From Hyphomicrobium sp. (GTDB lineage Bacteria; Pseudomonadota; Alphaproteobacteria; Rhizobiales; Hyphomicrobiaceae), in NCBI GenBank assembly GCA_052388455.1, contig JBQTIA010000092.1, positions 10,003 to 74,002 on the forward strand: DNA of 64,000 nt, written 5' to 3'. Below the pieces are notes generated by a model, which made no database searches, was not told the DNA's origin, and worked only from the letters and a program-made list of their open reading frames with translations. A program made the translations under genes and the position numbers. Shown piece by piece: positions 48,242 through 58,475 of this stretch (positions are counted from its first letter, which is position 1; every line of letters begins with the position of its first letter).

Positions 48242-49197
48242 GCAACCGCGTGCGCGGCGTGGCCGGCGAGGAATTTTTCGGCTTCCAGCGCCGCCATGCA
48301 GCCCATGCCCGCCGCCGTGACGGCCTGCCGGAACACGTCGTCCTTCACGTCGCCGGCGGCGAACACGCCGGGGACCGAGGTCGCCGTGCTGTCGGGCGCG
48401 GTGATCAGATAGCCCGACGGCTTCATGTCGAGCTGGCCCTTGAACAGCTCCGTGGCCGGTGCGTGTCCGATAGCGACGAACACGCCGTCGGCGGCGCACT
48501 CGGTGATCTTGCCGGTCTTGACGTTTTTCAGCCTCACGCCGGAGACGGACTTCGGATCCGACGAGCCGACGATCTCCTCGATGGCCGAATCCCAGACGAC
48601 CTCGATCTTCGGATTCTTGAAAAGCCGATCCTGCATGATGCGCTCGGCGCGGAAGTGATCGCGCCGGTGCACAACCGTCACCCGCTTCGCGAAGTTGGTG
48701 AGGAAGATCGCTTCCTCGACCGCGGTGTTGCCGCCGCCGACCACGATCACCTCCTTGCCCTTGTAGAAGAAGCCGTCGCAGGTGGCGCAGGCCGACACGC
48801 CGAAACCTTTGAAGGCGTCCTCCGAAGCCAGCCCGAGCCAGCGCGCCTGGGCGCCTGTGCAGATGATCAGCGCATCGCAGGTGAAGGCGTCACCCGAATC
48901 GGCCTCCAGCCGGAAGGGGCGCGACTTGAGATCGACTTTGGAGATGTGATCGAAGACGAGTTCGGTGCCGACGTGCTCCGCCTGCGCCTTCATCTGCTCC
49001 ATGAGCCAGGGGCCCTGGATCACGTCGGCGAAGCCGGGATAGTTCTCGACGTCGGTGGTGATGGTGAGCTGCCCGCCCGGCTGGATGCCCTGGATCAAGA
49101 GGGGTTTCAGCATCGCGCGGGCGGCGTAGATCGCGGCGGTGTATCCGGCCGGGCCGGACCCGAGGATGATGACTTTGGCGTGTCGCGGCTTGCTCAT
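48232..49197 (-). CDS. trxB: thioredoxin-disulfide reductase
   Basis: Start at MSKPRHAKVIILGSGPAGYTAA. Redox-active SACATCDGFF (CATC). VVGGGNTAVEEA...HRRD. Confidence 0.95.
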   Translation of the reverse strand: MSKPRHAKVIILGSGPAGYTAAIYAARAMLKPLLIQGIQPGGQLTITTDVENYPGFADVIQGPWLMEQMKAQAEHVGTELVFDHISKVDLKSRPFRLEADSGDAFTCDALIICTGAQARWLGLASEDAFKGFGVSACATCDGFFYKGKEVIVVGGGNTAVEEAIFLTNFAKRVTVVHRRDHFRAERIMQDRLFKNPKIEVVWDSAIEEIVGSSDPKSVSGVRLKNVKTGKITECAADGVFVAIGHAPATELFKGQLDMKPSGYLITAPDSTATSVPGVFAAGDVKDDVFRQAVTAAGMGCMAALEAEKFLAGHAAHAVAAE

Positions 49198-49440
49198 GAT
49201 GTGTCCTTGATCCCGGTGCGCATCGCGGCACGGACGTGCCGCCTCCACGATGCCTCATCAATGCTGGTGCTTCATGTAGTGCGGGTGCCGCGTCTCGTCC
49301 ATTTGCCGAATGGCGCGACGGCCACCTCGCCGCACCCGCGCTTCGATGCCGGGCCTGCGACAATCGAAAGCCGATGGTCCAAGTCGTTATCGCGCCAACC
49401 GGAATGGAGTTTCAGTTCGAGCGGCCGGCTTATCCACCGA

Positions 49441-50136
49441 TCAGAAGTCGAGATTGGCGTAGGCGGCGGGCGGCGACAGGCCCGGCATCCGGTCCGCCAG
49501 GATGCCGCGGAACGAGGGCCGCGACTTCAGCTTCGCGTACCAGGCTTTGGCCGCCGGATGCTCGGCCCAGGGGATGTCTCCGAAATAGTCGATCGTCGAG
49601 AGGTGCGCAGCGGCCGCGAGATCGGCGAAGCTCATCTCGTCGCCGGCCAGCCAGCGGCGCTGGTCCGCGAGATAGCCGATGTAGCTCAAGTGATAGCGGA
49701 GGTTGGCGTTGATCGCCCGCAGCACTTCCCGGTCGGGCGTATGACCCGAGGCGGGCGTCTTGCGGCCGTAGACTTTTTCGTACAACAGCTCTCGCGTGAC
49801 CTCGCGATAGAGCTTGCCGTTGAACCAGTCGACGAGGCGGCGGACCTCGGCTCGGACCTCGCGGCTGCCCGGAAAGAGCGGCGCTGGCCGGCCGTCGCGC
49901 GGGTGGGATTTCACCTCCTCGGCCAGATATTCGGAAATGGCATAAACGCCGCAGAGCACCGGGCCGCGCGTAATCTGCAGCACAGGCAACTCTCCGGCAG
50001 GATTGACGGCGAGGAAGCTGTGCTTCAGATCCCAGGGCTGCTCCTCCACAGCCTCGGCTTCGAGCGCAAGCTCAGCCATCGCCGCGCGAACGGAGCGCGA
50101 CAGGGGGCAGAGCCGGAAATGGATCAGGCGGTGCAT
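49441..50136 (-). CDS. glutathione S-transferase family protein
   Basis: Start at MHRLIHFRLCPLSRSVR. Thioredoxin-like N-terminal part (NPAGELPVL...ISEYL) and helical C-terminal part. Confidence 0.78.
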   Translation of the reverse strand: MHRLIHFRLCPLSRSVRAAMAELALEAEAVEEQPWDLKHSFLAVNPAGELPVLQITRGPVLCGVYAISEYLAEEVKSHPRDGRPAPLFPGSREVRAEVRRLVDWFNGKLYREVTRELLYEKVYGRKTPASGHTPDREVLRAINANLRYHLSYIGYLADQRRWLAGDEMSFADLAAAAHLSTIDYFGDIPWAEHPAAKAWYAKLKSRPSFRGILADRMPGLSPPAAYANLDF

Positions 50137-50319
50137 GGCAGGGCGTGCCGGTCGACGATGCTGCGGCAGCCGGGAACGGCGACCGCGAGCATTCAAAGAT
50201 GGTAATGATTCGCCGCTAGCGTGCGCTCGACGGCGGGGGCAGGCAACACAAAACAGCCCCTCAACCGATTACCGTTCCGCGCAGGTCCGGTTTCCGATCA
50301 ATAGCTGGAGACGTCGCCG

Positions 50320-51141
50320 ATGCCGCTGTGGCAGGTCGTGCTGCTGGGTCTCATCGAGGGCCTGACCGAATTCATTCCCGTGTCCTCGACCGGACATATC
50401 CTGCTCGCCGGCCATTTTCTCGGTTTCTGCTCACCGGGGCACGCCTTCGAAATCCTGATCCAGTCGGGCGCCATCCTCGCCATCCTCAGTGTCTATTTCG
50501 GGCGCCTCATGCACATGGCGCTGTCCCTGCCGTCCGATCCCGGCACGCGCCGCTTCGTCCTCGGCGTGCTGCTCGCCTTCCTGCCGGCGGCCCTCATCGG
50601 CGCGGCTTTCAGCTCGGTCATCGACGCGATGCTGGAAACGCCGCTGATCGTCTGCGTCACTCTCATTCTCGGCGGCGCCGTCCTGCTCTACGTCGACCGA
50701 CTGAACCTGCAGCCGCGCTACACGGAGGTTACCCAGATCCCGCCGCTGCTGGCGCTGAAGATCGGGCTTTGCCAGTGTCTCGCCATGATCCCCGGCGTCT
50801 CGCGCTCGGGGGCGACCATCGTCGGCGCCATGCTGATGGGAACCGACAAGCGGACGGCGGCCGAGTTTTCGTTCTTCCTCGCCATGCCGACGATGGCCGG
50901 CGCTTTCGCATTCAAGCTGATCTCGAACTGGAGCGACCTCTCGACCGATAATCTCGCGTCGATCGCCATCGGCTTCCTGGTCGCCTTCATCGCCGGCGCC
51001 GTGGTCGTGCGCTACCTGCTCGACTACGTCAGCCGCCGCGGCTTCGCACTGTTCGGATGGTGGCGGATCGCCGTCGGAACGATTGCGCTCATCGCCCTCC
51101 TGGTCCTCGGTACGGACAACGGCTGCCCGGCTTCGACCTGA
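50320..51141 (+). CDS. uppP: undecaprenyl-diphosphate phosphatase
   Basis: [21 protein letters not shown] and [15 protein letters not shown] are the BacA/UppP signature motifs. Confidence 0.95.
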   Translation: MPLWQVVLLGLIEGLTEFIPVSSTGHILLAGHFLGFCSPGHAFEILIQSGAILAILSVYFGRLMHMALSLPSDPGTRRFVLGVLLAFLPAALIGAAFSSVIDAMLETPLIVCVTLILGGAVLLYVDRLNLQPRYTEVTQIPPLLALKIGLCQCLAMIPGVSRSGATIVGAMLMGTDKRTAAEFSFFLAMPTMAGAFAFKLISNWSDLSTDNLASIAIGFLVAFIAGAVVVRYLLDYVSRRGFALFGWWRIAVGTIALIALLVLGTDNGCPAST

Positions 51142-51181
51142 GGACAGCCGGACACCGGCAGGCAAGCTCCCGAACCCCGCG

Positions 51182-51661
51182 TCAGGCCGCGTGCGAAGCG
51201 GCCGGTGTGGCCAGGACGGCCTTCAGCCCCATCACGTCGTCGGCCGAGCGGAGCCGTTCCAGCGTCGCCGGATCGCGCACCAGCCGCGAGATGCGGGCCA
51301 GGGCTTTCAGGTGATCGCCGCTCGCGTGCTCGGGGGCGAGCAGAAGGAACATCAGGTCGACAGGCTCGCCGTCGTGGCTGTCGAAGGGGATCGGCTCGGC
51401 CAGACGCGCGAACAGGCAGACGATGGATTTCATCTGCTTGAACTTGACGTGCGGGATGGCGATGCCACGGCCCAGCCCCGTCGACCCGAGACGCTCACGC
51501 TGCAGCAGCGTATCGAACACCTGCCTCGATTCGAGGCCCGTGATGTCGGCGGCGCGGGTCGCAAGCTCCTGCAGAGCCTGCTTCTTGCATGTGACCTTGA
51601 GCGAGGGAATGATCCCTCCCGGGGCCAACAAGTCTCCCAAATCCATTGATCTCAGTCCCAC
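51182..51661 (-). CDS. ptsN: PTS IIA-like nitrogen regulatory protein PtsN (EIIA-Ntr)
   Basis: RERLGSTGLGRGIAIPH (phosphorylatable His), 159 aa, located downstream of hpf/rpoN. Confidence 0.85.
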   Translation of the reverse strand: MGLRSMDLGDLLAPGGIIPSLKVTCKKQALQELATRAADITGLESRQVFDTLLQRERLGSTGLGRGIAIPHVKFKQMKSIVCLFARLAEPIPFDSHDGEPVDLMFLLLAPEHASGDHLKALARISRLVRDPATLERLRSADDVMGLKAVLATPAASHAA

Positions 51662-51730
51662 CCGGTTCTGACGTATGCCTGATGCGGATGCACCAAGCGT
51701 GCCGCATGAACGCGCTAGGCCCTCAACACT

Positions 51731-52378
51731 CTATTTTCGAACGTATGCGGCACCATTCATCGGTGGCGCCGCGCCCCCCGGCCTCGGATCGATCCAGCCG
51801 ACATGTCCGTCCGGCCGTCGATATACAATGTTCAACCCACCATGCGCCGCATTTTTGAAGACGAGGAACGCCGCGTTTGCCATGTCGAGTTGCATCACCG
51901 CCTCACTGACAGGCAACTCGGGTATTCCCCGCTCCGACTCGGCGACGATCACCGGTTCATGATCGCCAGCCGACTCGTCTTCGCTGTCGGCCCGCACGGT
52001 ATAGTCCCGCGCCGGCATGTCATTCAAGGACGGATTGCGGCCGCTGTGGTGGCTTTTCAACCGCCGCTTGTGACGTCGTACACGCTTTTCCAGATGCTCG
52101 ACCGCGGCATCGACGCTGGCATAGGCGTCCCCGGCATCGCCACTCGCCTCGAGCACAAGCCCGCTGCGCAACCGGATCGAGCAGTCGGTGCGAAACAGGC
52201 TGCGCTCTTTTTCGAGGCGAATATGGCCCGAGAAGTCGGACCCGAGGTATTTGGCGAGGGAACCGGCGAGCTTGTCGGTCACGTAGCTTTTGTAGGCTTC
52301 GCCCGGCTCGACGTTTTTTCCAGTAATCTGAATGCTGTTCATCTGAGTCGTCATGTCGCCATCCGATGAAACCGGCAC
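51731..52378 (-). CDS. hpf: ribosome hibernation-promoting factor (long HPF/RaiA family)
   Basis: MNSIQITGKNVEPGEAYKSYVTDKL...AYASVDAAVEHLEKRVRRHKRRLK plus a C-terminal dimerisation domain (PVSEAVMQLDMANAAFLVFKN). The start may be an internal Met. Confidence 0.85.
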   Translation of the reverse strand: MPVSSDGDMTTQMNSIQITGKNVEPGEAYKSYVTDKLAGSLAKYLGSDFSGHIRLEKERSLFRTDCSIRLRSGLVLEASGDAGDAYASVDAAVEHLEKRVRRHKRRLKSHHSGRNPSLNDMPARDYTVRADSEDESAGDHEPVIVAESERGIPELPVSEAVMQLDMANAAFLVFKNAAHGGLNIVYRRPDGHVGWIDPRPGGAAPPMNGAAYVRK

Positions 52379-52628
52379 CTGTCGTCGAAGGCTTTGGTGC
52401 CGAGGGCTGTTGAGAAGGGATGGGGTCGATGGACGTTCGCCGCTGAAGGCTGCGTACAGCCGGAACGGAAAACACCAAAAATATCAACGCTTTATTTTTG
52501 TGGCGGCATGTCGGATCCCTAACAGAGAGGGTAATGAGCCATCCTGGGCATGTCAATCGGCCGGGCCTGCCTGGATATGGGGTCGGTTGCCCGAATTTCC
52601 ACCTTTCGACGCACCCCGTGTCGCGTCG

Positions 52629-54257
52629 TCAGGCCGGGCGGTCGAGCTGGCCGGCCATCCGCTTCTCGCGGCGGCGCTGCACCGAGGACGGGATGCGCAT
52701 CGCCTCGCGGTATTTTGCGACGGTCCTCCGGGCGATGTCGACTCCGTCGGCCTTGAGCTTTTCCACAATGCGATCGTCGCTCAGCACCTCGCGCGACGAT
52801 TCTCCGTCGATCATCAGTCGAATGCGGTGGCGCACGGCTTCCGAGGAATGCGCCTCGCCGTCGGCCGCCGACTGGATGGCCGAGGTGAAGAAGTACTTCA
52901 GCTCGAAGATGCCGCGCGGGGTCGCCATGTACTTGTTGGAGGTGACGCGCGAGACCGTCGATTCATGCATCGAGATGGCGTCGGCGACGGTCTTGAGATT
53001 GAGCGGGCGCAGGTGCTGCACCCCGTGCGTGAAAAACCCGTCCTGCTGGCGCACGATCTCTTCGCTCACCCGGAGAATGGTGCGGGCGCGCTGATCGAGG
53101 CTCTTCACCAGCCAGTTGGCCGTCTGCAGGCATTCGAGCAGATAGCCCTTGTCCTTGTCGGATCGGGCCGTTTTCGAAACCAGCGTGTAATAGCTGCGGT
53201 TGACCAGAACGCGGGGCAGGTTCTCGCTGTTGAGCTCGACCAGCCAGCTCCCGTCGGCCGCCGGCCTGACCAGAATGTCGGGCACCACCGTGTGGACCTG
53301 CGTGGTGCCGTAGCGCAGGCCCGGTTTCGGATCGAGGCGTTTGATCTCATCGATCATCGCCACGAGTTCATCCATGTCGACACCGACCGCCTTGCGCAGC
53401 CCGGCGACATTGTGTGCGGCCAGCAGGTGCAGATTGTCGAGCAGCGCGGCGATCTGCGGATCGTAGCGGTTGCGCTCCTTGAGCTGCAGCGCCAGGCATT
53501 CGGCGAGCGTGCGGGCGAACACGCCCGGCGGATCGAGCGATTGCAGCGCGGTCACGACCGCATCGATCATCGACCGCGTGGCGCCGAGCTTCTCGGCCAT
53601 CTGATCGAGATCGGCGTGCAGGTAGCCGGCCTCGTCCACCAGATCGATCAGGTACTGACCGATCAGCCGTTCGGCATGACCGCTGAGAGCGAGCGGGAGT
53701 TGCTCGGTCAGGTGGTCCTTCAGCGAGCGCTCGCTGGCGACGTAGGATTCAAGATTGGTATCGTCGTCGTCGAACGAGGAAGATCGCTGGCGCAGCGTCG
53801 CCCAGCCCGCGAGATCGCCGCTCGCGCCAAGCTCGGCCGGCGCCGTATCGGGAAACACGTTGCCGAGATCCGTATCGAGCGCAGAGGCCGCATCGCCGCC
53901 CGGCTTGGCGAGGTCCAGCCATTCGTCGCCACGCTGGTCATCGGAGCCGTTGAATAGGTCGCCGTCACTGTCGCCCTCGGCGCCGCCATCGCGCACGCCG
54001 TCGTGACCGTTCTCGGCTGCGCCATTCTCGGCCGACCTGCTGTCAGCCGGACTGCTGTCGTCGATACCCGAGCTGTCTTTGGCCGCCGCCTCGCCCTGGT
54101 CCTCGCGTTCGAGCAGCGGGTTGCGCTCAAGCTCCGCCTCGACGAACTCGACCAGCTCGAAATTGGAAAGCTGCAGCAGACGGATGGCCTGCTGCAACTG
54201 GGGTGTCATCACCAGTTGCTGGCCCTGCCGCAGCTCCAGCTTTGCCGAAAACGCCAT
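52629..54257 (-). CDS. rpoN: RNA polymerase sigma-54 factor
   Basis: LELRQGQQLVMTPQLQQAIRLLQLSNFEL at the N-terminus and an RpoN box ARRTVAKYREAMRIPSS at the C-terminus. Confidence 0.97.
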   Translation of the reverse strand: MAFSAKLELRQGQQLVMTPQLQQAIRLLQLSNFELVEFVEAELERNPLLEREDQGEAAAKDSSGIDDSSPADSRSAENGAAENGHDGVRDGGAEGDSDGDLFNGSDDQRGDEWLDLAKPGGDAASALDTDLGNVFPDTAPAELGASGDLAGWATLRQRSSSFDDDDTNLESYVASERSLKDHLTEQLPLALSGHAERLIGQYLIDLVDEAGYLHADLDQMAEKLGATRSMIDAVVTALQSLDPPGVFARTLAECLALQLKERNRYDPQIAALLDNLHLLAAHNVAGLRKAVGVDMDELVAMIDEIKRLDPKPGLRYGTTQVHTVVPDILVRPAADGSWLVELNSENLPRVLVNRSYYTLVSKTARSDKDKGYLLECLQTANWLVKSLDQRARTILRVSEEIVRQQDGFFTHGVQHLRPLNLKTVADAISMHESTVSRVTSNKYMATPRGIFELKYFFTSAIQSAADGEAHSSEAVRHRIRLMIDGESSREVLSDDRIVEKLKADGVDIARRTVAKYREAMRIPSSVQRRREKRMAGQLDRPA

Positions 54258-54304
54258 TGCTCCAACCTTCTACGCCACCGGCTTCGGGGCGGGGTCAGAT
54301 ATAC

Positions 54305-55210
54305 TCAACGCCCATTAACGAACATATCCCCCAGATAGACCCGGCGTACGTCTTCGTTGGCTATGATTTCCGCGGGCTTACCCTGTGTCAGAACCTGACC
54401 ATCGTAGATGATGTAGGCCCGGTCGATGAGGCTCAAAGTCTCGCGGACGTTGTGATCGGTGATCAATACACCGATGCCGCGCTCGGTGAGGTGGCGCACG
54501 AGCTGCTGGATGTCGCCGACCGCGATGGGATCGATACCCGCGAACGGCTCGTCGAGCAGCATGAACGACGGCCGGGTGGCGAGCGCCCGGGCGATCTCGC
54601 AGCGCCGCCGCTCGCCGCCGGAGAGCGCGATCGAGGGCGACTTCCTCAGCCGCGTGATGTGAAACTCTTCGAGCAGGCTGTCGAGCTGCTCTTTGCGGCG
54701 TTTCGGATGGCGCTCGACCAGTTCGAGAACGGCCATGATGTTCTGTTCGACGGTCAAGCCACGGAAGATCGAGGCTTCCTGGGGCAGATAGCCGATGCCG
54801 AGCCGCGCCCGCCGGTACATTGGCATGCGCGTCACGTCCTGGCCGTCGATGGTGATGGTGCCCGCGTCGGCGGGCACGAGGCCCGTGATCATGTAGAACA
54901 CGGTCGTTTTGCCGGCGCCGTTCGGGCCGAGCAGGCCGACCGATTCCCCGCGTCCGAGCGCCAGGCTGACGCCTTTGACGACCATGCGGTTTTTATAGGT
55001 TTTCTGGACCTGCTGAATGGTCAGCCAGCCTTCGCCTCCGGCCATGTCGGCATAGTCGTCCCAGCCCGCCGTCCGGTCTGACGCCACCATCGCCCGACCG
55101 CCCGTAGCCGGACGTCCGTTGGCCAAGCTCGAACCAACCGAACCAGACCCGCCTGGGCCGGCTCGGCCGTTGCTGCCGCCGATCAGTTTCGAAAGCGAAG
55201 GGAGCTTCAA
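54305..55210 (-). CDS. lptB: LPS export ABC transporter ATP-binding protein LptB
   Basis: Walker [10 protein letters not shown], signature LSGGERRR, Walker [10 protein letters not shown]. The N-terminal ~50 residues of the ORF may not be translated, so the start is uncertain. Confidence 0.9.
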   Translation of the reverse strand: MKLPSLSKLIGGSNGRAGPGGSGSVGSSLANGRPATGGRAMVASDRTAGWDDYADMAGGEGWLTIQQVQKTYKNRMVVKGVSLALGRGESVGLLGPNGAGKTTVFYMITGLVPADAGTITIDGQDVTRMPMYRRARLGIGYLPQEASIFRGLTVEQNIMAVLELVERHPKRRKEQLDSLLEEFHITRLRKSPSIALSGGERRRCEIARALATRPSFMLLDEPFAGIDPIAVGDIQQLVRHLTERGIGVLITDHNVRETLSLIDRAYIIYDGQVLTQGKPAEIIANEDVRRVYLGDMFVNGR

Positions 55211-55267
55211 GGGTTCGTCTCACGCCGCGATGATCCCGGCGCATCGAGCCGGGCGGGGCGCCTCCTG

Positions 55268-57274
55268 TCAATTGCCGCGTTGACCCGCCTGCGGAGCCGG
55301 TCGGGTGGACGGTGTCCAGGCATCCTTCCCTTTGCCGCCATCGGCGCCCGAGTCCTTGCCCCGCAAGGCTTCGAGCTGATCGGGGTAGAAAACGGCACTC
55401 GGCCGCCCCTGGCTGGGTGTTCCTCCGGGCCCGCCCGGTGCCGAGGTCGCCCAGCCACCCGCCGCGCGGGCCACGGTGGCATCGGCCGAGGTGTCGATGG
55501 TGCTCTGTCCCGTCGTCATGTCGATGACCAGCCGGGTGCCTCGCACCACGTTCTTGCCTTGCGACAGCATCACGTCGCCGCCGACCGTCACGGTATCGGT
55601 GGCGGTATCGAAGATCGCCCAGTCGCCGTTGACCGTCTGTCCGTCGCCGGAGGTGACGACGACCTTTTTCTTGGCGTCGATGCGGGTCAATTGCGCGGCC
55701 GGTTTGCTATCCGCCGGCTTCGCGTCGGTCGCGGCGACTTCGCCGAGGCCCGCCTCGCCGCTGTAGGTCGCCAGCAGCTCGGGCGTGCGGATCACGAAGC
55801 CGCCCTGCGTCGCTTTCACAGCACCGCGAAACATGGCCGTCTTGGCCGCGTCGTCGGCATCGAGTTGATCCGCCTCGATCTCCACGGGGGCATTGGGGTC
55901 CGTCTTGAACGTCGCAAATCCCGCGGCGGGCGCCGCAGCCGCCGGCTTGGCGGACTTCCGCGCCTTGCTCTGGTCCTGCGTGAAGCGCGCGAAAATGCGC
56001 CCGCCTGGAGCCGTCATCTGCATTTTCTCAGCTTTGCGGTCGATCCATAGCCGGCGACCCTTGAGCTCGTTCTTGCCGCTAGTGACGACCACGGCTCCGG
56101 TCAGCAGCGCGGTATCGGCGCCGCTGTCGAGGTCGGCGCGGTCGCTCACCACGCGGCGGTCGACGCCCGAGGTCATGACGACGTTACCGGTGAGCACGGC
56201 GGTCGACGCCTTGGCGTCGAACTCGGCCGCGTCGCTGGTTACCCGGTCGCTGGCGCCGCGGGTCATGGTGACTGGCCCCTTGGCGGTGATGCGGCTCACC
56301 TTCCCGTTGCCGGCACCGGCGAGCGGACCGGCCGACGACGGGGAAGCGCCGACCGCGGCGGCAGTGTCGCCTTCGTAGGAGACCAGCAGCTCCGGCGTGG
56401 CGAGGGCGGCGGTGCCCTGCACGGCGGTCACGTCGCCGGTGAACAGCGCCGTCTTCCGTTCGTCGTTGATGTCCAGCCGCTGCGCCGTGATCTCGACGGG
56501 ATCGCCCGATGCGGCAAAGGCGAGCGGAGAGGCCGGATTTTCAGCCCTTTCCGTTCGGGCCCCGGTCACGGCCTCCGGCGGTTTGGCCGGGGGCTGCAGG
56601 CGCGCTTTCACCGCGTCGATGAAGGTCACCTCGCGAGTCTTGTGTCGCAGGCTGAGCGCGTTGGCGGTGACAGTTCCACCCGTGAACGACACCGCGACGG
56701 GCTGCCGGCTGGTGATCAGTCCTTCCTTGGCGGTGACTGTGGCCTGAGTGAGCTTGGCCGCCATGCCGGTTTGCGATTTGATTTCGATCGACTGCTCCAG
56801 CTCGAGCACGTTCTCGGTATGATTGAACACGCCGCGCGCCGCTTCGAGCACGGTCTTCTTGCGCTCCGCATCGACCAGCGTCCCGCTGATCGCATCGAGC
56901 TTGATGATCGAAGTATTCCTCAGATCCTGCTGCGCCGTCCGGGCGTTGATCTCGTACGAGCTTCCGTCCTTGCCGAACCCCTCGTAGTGGGGGTTGTCCA
57001 TGGTCAGGTTCTCGGGGAGGATGTCGGGGATCGACACCTCGGGCAGCCGGTCGGTGAGATCGGACAGCTTCAAGAGCGAAAGGCCATAGACGCCGAGGAT
57101 GGTGACGCTCATCACCGGCAGGGCCACACGCAGCGTCCGCACCATGGTCGAATGGCGCTTCGCCGCGCGGAAGCTGTGCGTCCGATCCAGCTCGACGGTG
57201 ATGCCGCGCCCCACGGTCCGCTCACCCGTTCTTTCGCCCTGAGGCGGGCGCTGGAAGTCCGATGTGCTGGCCAT
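55268..57274 (-). CDS. fused LptC-like / tandem LptA (OstA)-like LPS transport protein
   Basis: A single uninterrupted ORF (693 codons to 57349; start placed at MASTSDF, 57274). Residues ~60-250 are LptC-like (KRHSTMVRTLRVALPVMSVTILGV anchor, MDNPHYEGFGKDGSSYEINARTAQQD). Two OstA-like modules follow, opening with PVEITAQRLDINDERKTALFTGDVTAVQG and PVEIEADQLDADDAAKTAMFRGAVKATQG. It occupies the lptC-lptA position upstream of lptB. Confidence 0.65.
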   Translation of the reverse strand: MASTSDFQRPPQGERTGERTVGRGITVELDRTHSFRAAKRHSTMVRTLRVALPVMSVTILGVYGLSLLKLSDLTDRLPEVSIPDILPENLTMDNPHYEGFGKDGSSYEINARTAQQDLRNTSIIKLDAISGTLVDAERKKTVLEAARGVFNHTENVLELEQSIEIKSQTGMAAKLTQATVTAKEGLITSRQPVAVSFTGGTVTANALSLRHKTREVTFIDAVKARLQPPAKPPEAVTGARTERAENPASPLAFAASGDPVEITAQRLDINDERKTALFTGDVTAVQGTAALATPELLVSYEGDTAAAVGASPSSAGPLAGAGNGKVSRITAKGPVTMTRGASDRVTSDAAEFDAKASTAVLTGNVVMTSGVDRRVVSDRADLDSGADTALLTGAVVVTSGKNELKGRRLWIDRKAEKMQMTAPGGRIFARFTQDQSKARKSAKPAAAAPAAGFATFKTDPNAPVEIEADQLDADDAAKTAMFRGAVKATQGGFVIRTPELLATYSGEAGLGEVAATDAKPADSKPAAQLTRIDAKKKVVVTSGDGQTVNGDWAIFDTATDTVTVGGDVMLSQGKNVVRGTRLVIDMTTGQSTIDTSADATVARAAGGWATSAPGGPGGTPSQGRPSAVFYPDQLEALRGKDSGADGGKGKDAWTPSTRPAPQAGQRGN

Positions 57275-57419
57275 GCGCCGGATGCCGCCGCCTGTTGGAG
57301 GGTCGTTCGAGGAGCAGGGGTCGTGAGAATGCAGTGCAACACTGTTCAAACATTAGGGTGAGATTGGGACCGCACTCAAGAGGCGCGAAAACCGCATCCC
57401 CATGACGATCGGGCGGACG

Positions 57420-58040
57420 TCAGTGGGCAAACACGTCGTCCTCGCCGAAACCGGCGAGATCGAGCCGCGCCCGGACGGGGAGGAAGCGGAAGGCGGCCTC
57501 GGCGAAGGGTCGGCGGCCTTCCCTGTCGAGCATCATGTCCAGCCTGGCCTTGAGCGCGTGTAGATGCAGCACATCGGACGCCGCATAGGCCAGCTGCTGC
57601 GGCGACAACTCCGCCGCTCCCCAATCCGAGCTCTGCTGCTGCTTGGACATGTCGAGCCCGAGCAGCTCCGCCGAAAGGTCCTTGAGTCCGTGGCGGTCGG
57701 TATAAGTGCGAACCAGTTTCGATACGATCTTGGTGCAGTAGATGGGCGCCGTCTGCACGCCGAGAAACTTCTCCAGGACGGCCACGTCGAAGCGCGCGAA
57801 GTGGAAAATCTTGAGCACGCTCGGATCGGTGAGCAGCGCCTTGAGGCGAGGCGCCTCGTAACCGGTGGTCGAAAGCTGCACCAGATGCGCCGTGCCGTCG
57901 CCGGCCGAAAGCTGCACGAGGCACAGCCGGTCGCGGTGAGGATTGAGCCCCAGCGTCTCGGTATCGACGGCGACGCTCGCCCCGAAGTCGAGCCCGGCCG
58001 GCAGGTCACCCTTGTGCAGCTTGATCGTCGCGCTGGTCAT
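57420..58040 (-). CDS. rnd: short ribonuclease D-like 3'-5' exonuclease (DEDDy)
   Basis: VAVDTETLGL (ExoI), KIFHFARFDVAVL (ExoII), YAASDVLHLHAL (ExoIII with Tyr). 206 aa. Confidence 0.8.
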   Translation of the reverse strand: MTSATIKLHKGDLPAGLDFGASVAVDTETLGLNPHRDRLCLVQLSAGDGTAHLVQLSTTGYEAPRLKALLTDPSVLKIFHFARFDVAVLEKFLGVQTAPIYCTKIVSKLVRTYTDRHGLKDLSAELLGLDMSKQQQSSDWGAAELSPQQLAYAASDVLHLHALKARLDMMLDREGRRPFAEAAFRFLPVRARLDLAGFGEDDVFAH

Positions 58041-58117
58041 GGGCCTCGGTATCGCGCGCGGCTACGGGACGCCAGCGAAAGTTGTGAGGTCGCCCGATGG
58101 AACGGGTTCAAGCCGTA

Positions 58118-58251
58118 CCCTCGAACCGGAACCTCGCGAAGGGTTGGCGTTGCGGCATCGCGAAAACAAAAAGTGGTGCAGGTTCGAGGACTTCCCTCGA
58201 ACCGAAACCATCGCGCGATGGGTTGGCGGGCGGCATCGCGCAAACAAAAAG

Positions 58252-58269
<18 letters not shown>
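58118..58269. repeat. two degenerate ~77-bp direct repeats abutting and running into the 3' end of tRNA-Leu
   Basis: ggcatcgcgaaaacaaaaagtggtgc (58154-58179) and ggcatcgcgcaaacaaaaagtggtgc (58232-58257) lie 78 bp apart. The units also share ccctcgaaccg[g/a]aacc and gggttggcg. The second copy ends in the tRNA acceptor 3' end. Confidence 0.65.
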
Positions 58270-58336
<67 letters not shown>

Positions 58337-58475
58337 ACGGGCGCGTCATCAGAGCCGCCTCAGTTAGAGTGCGCCGGAACCCTTGTCAATTGCGCCACGC
58401 TTGTCCTTCCCTTGGGGGTTCCGGCCGTATAACTCTCGGCGAGGTTGAACCAGTGAACGGCTCGCGGGGCACGGG

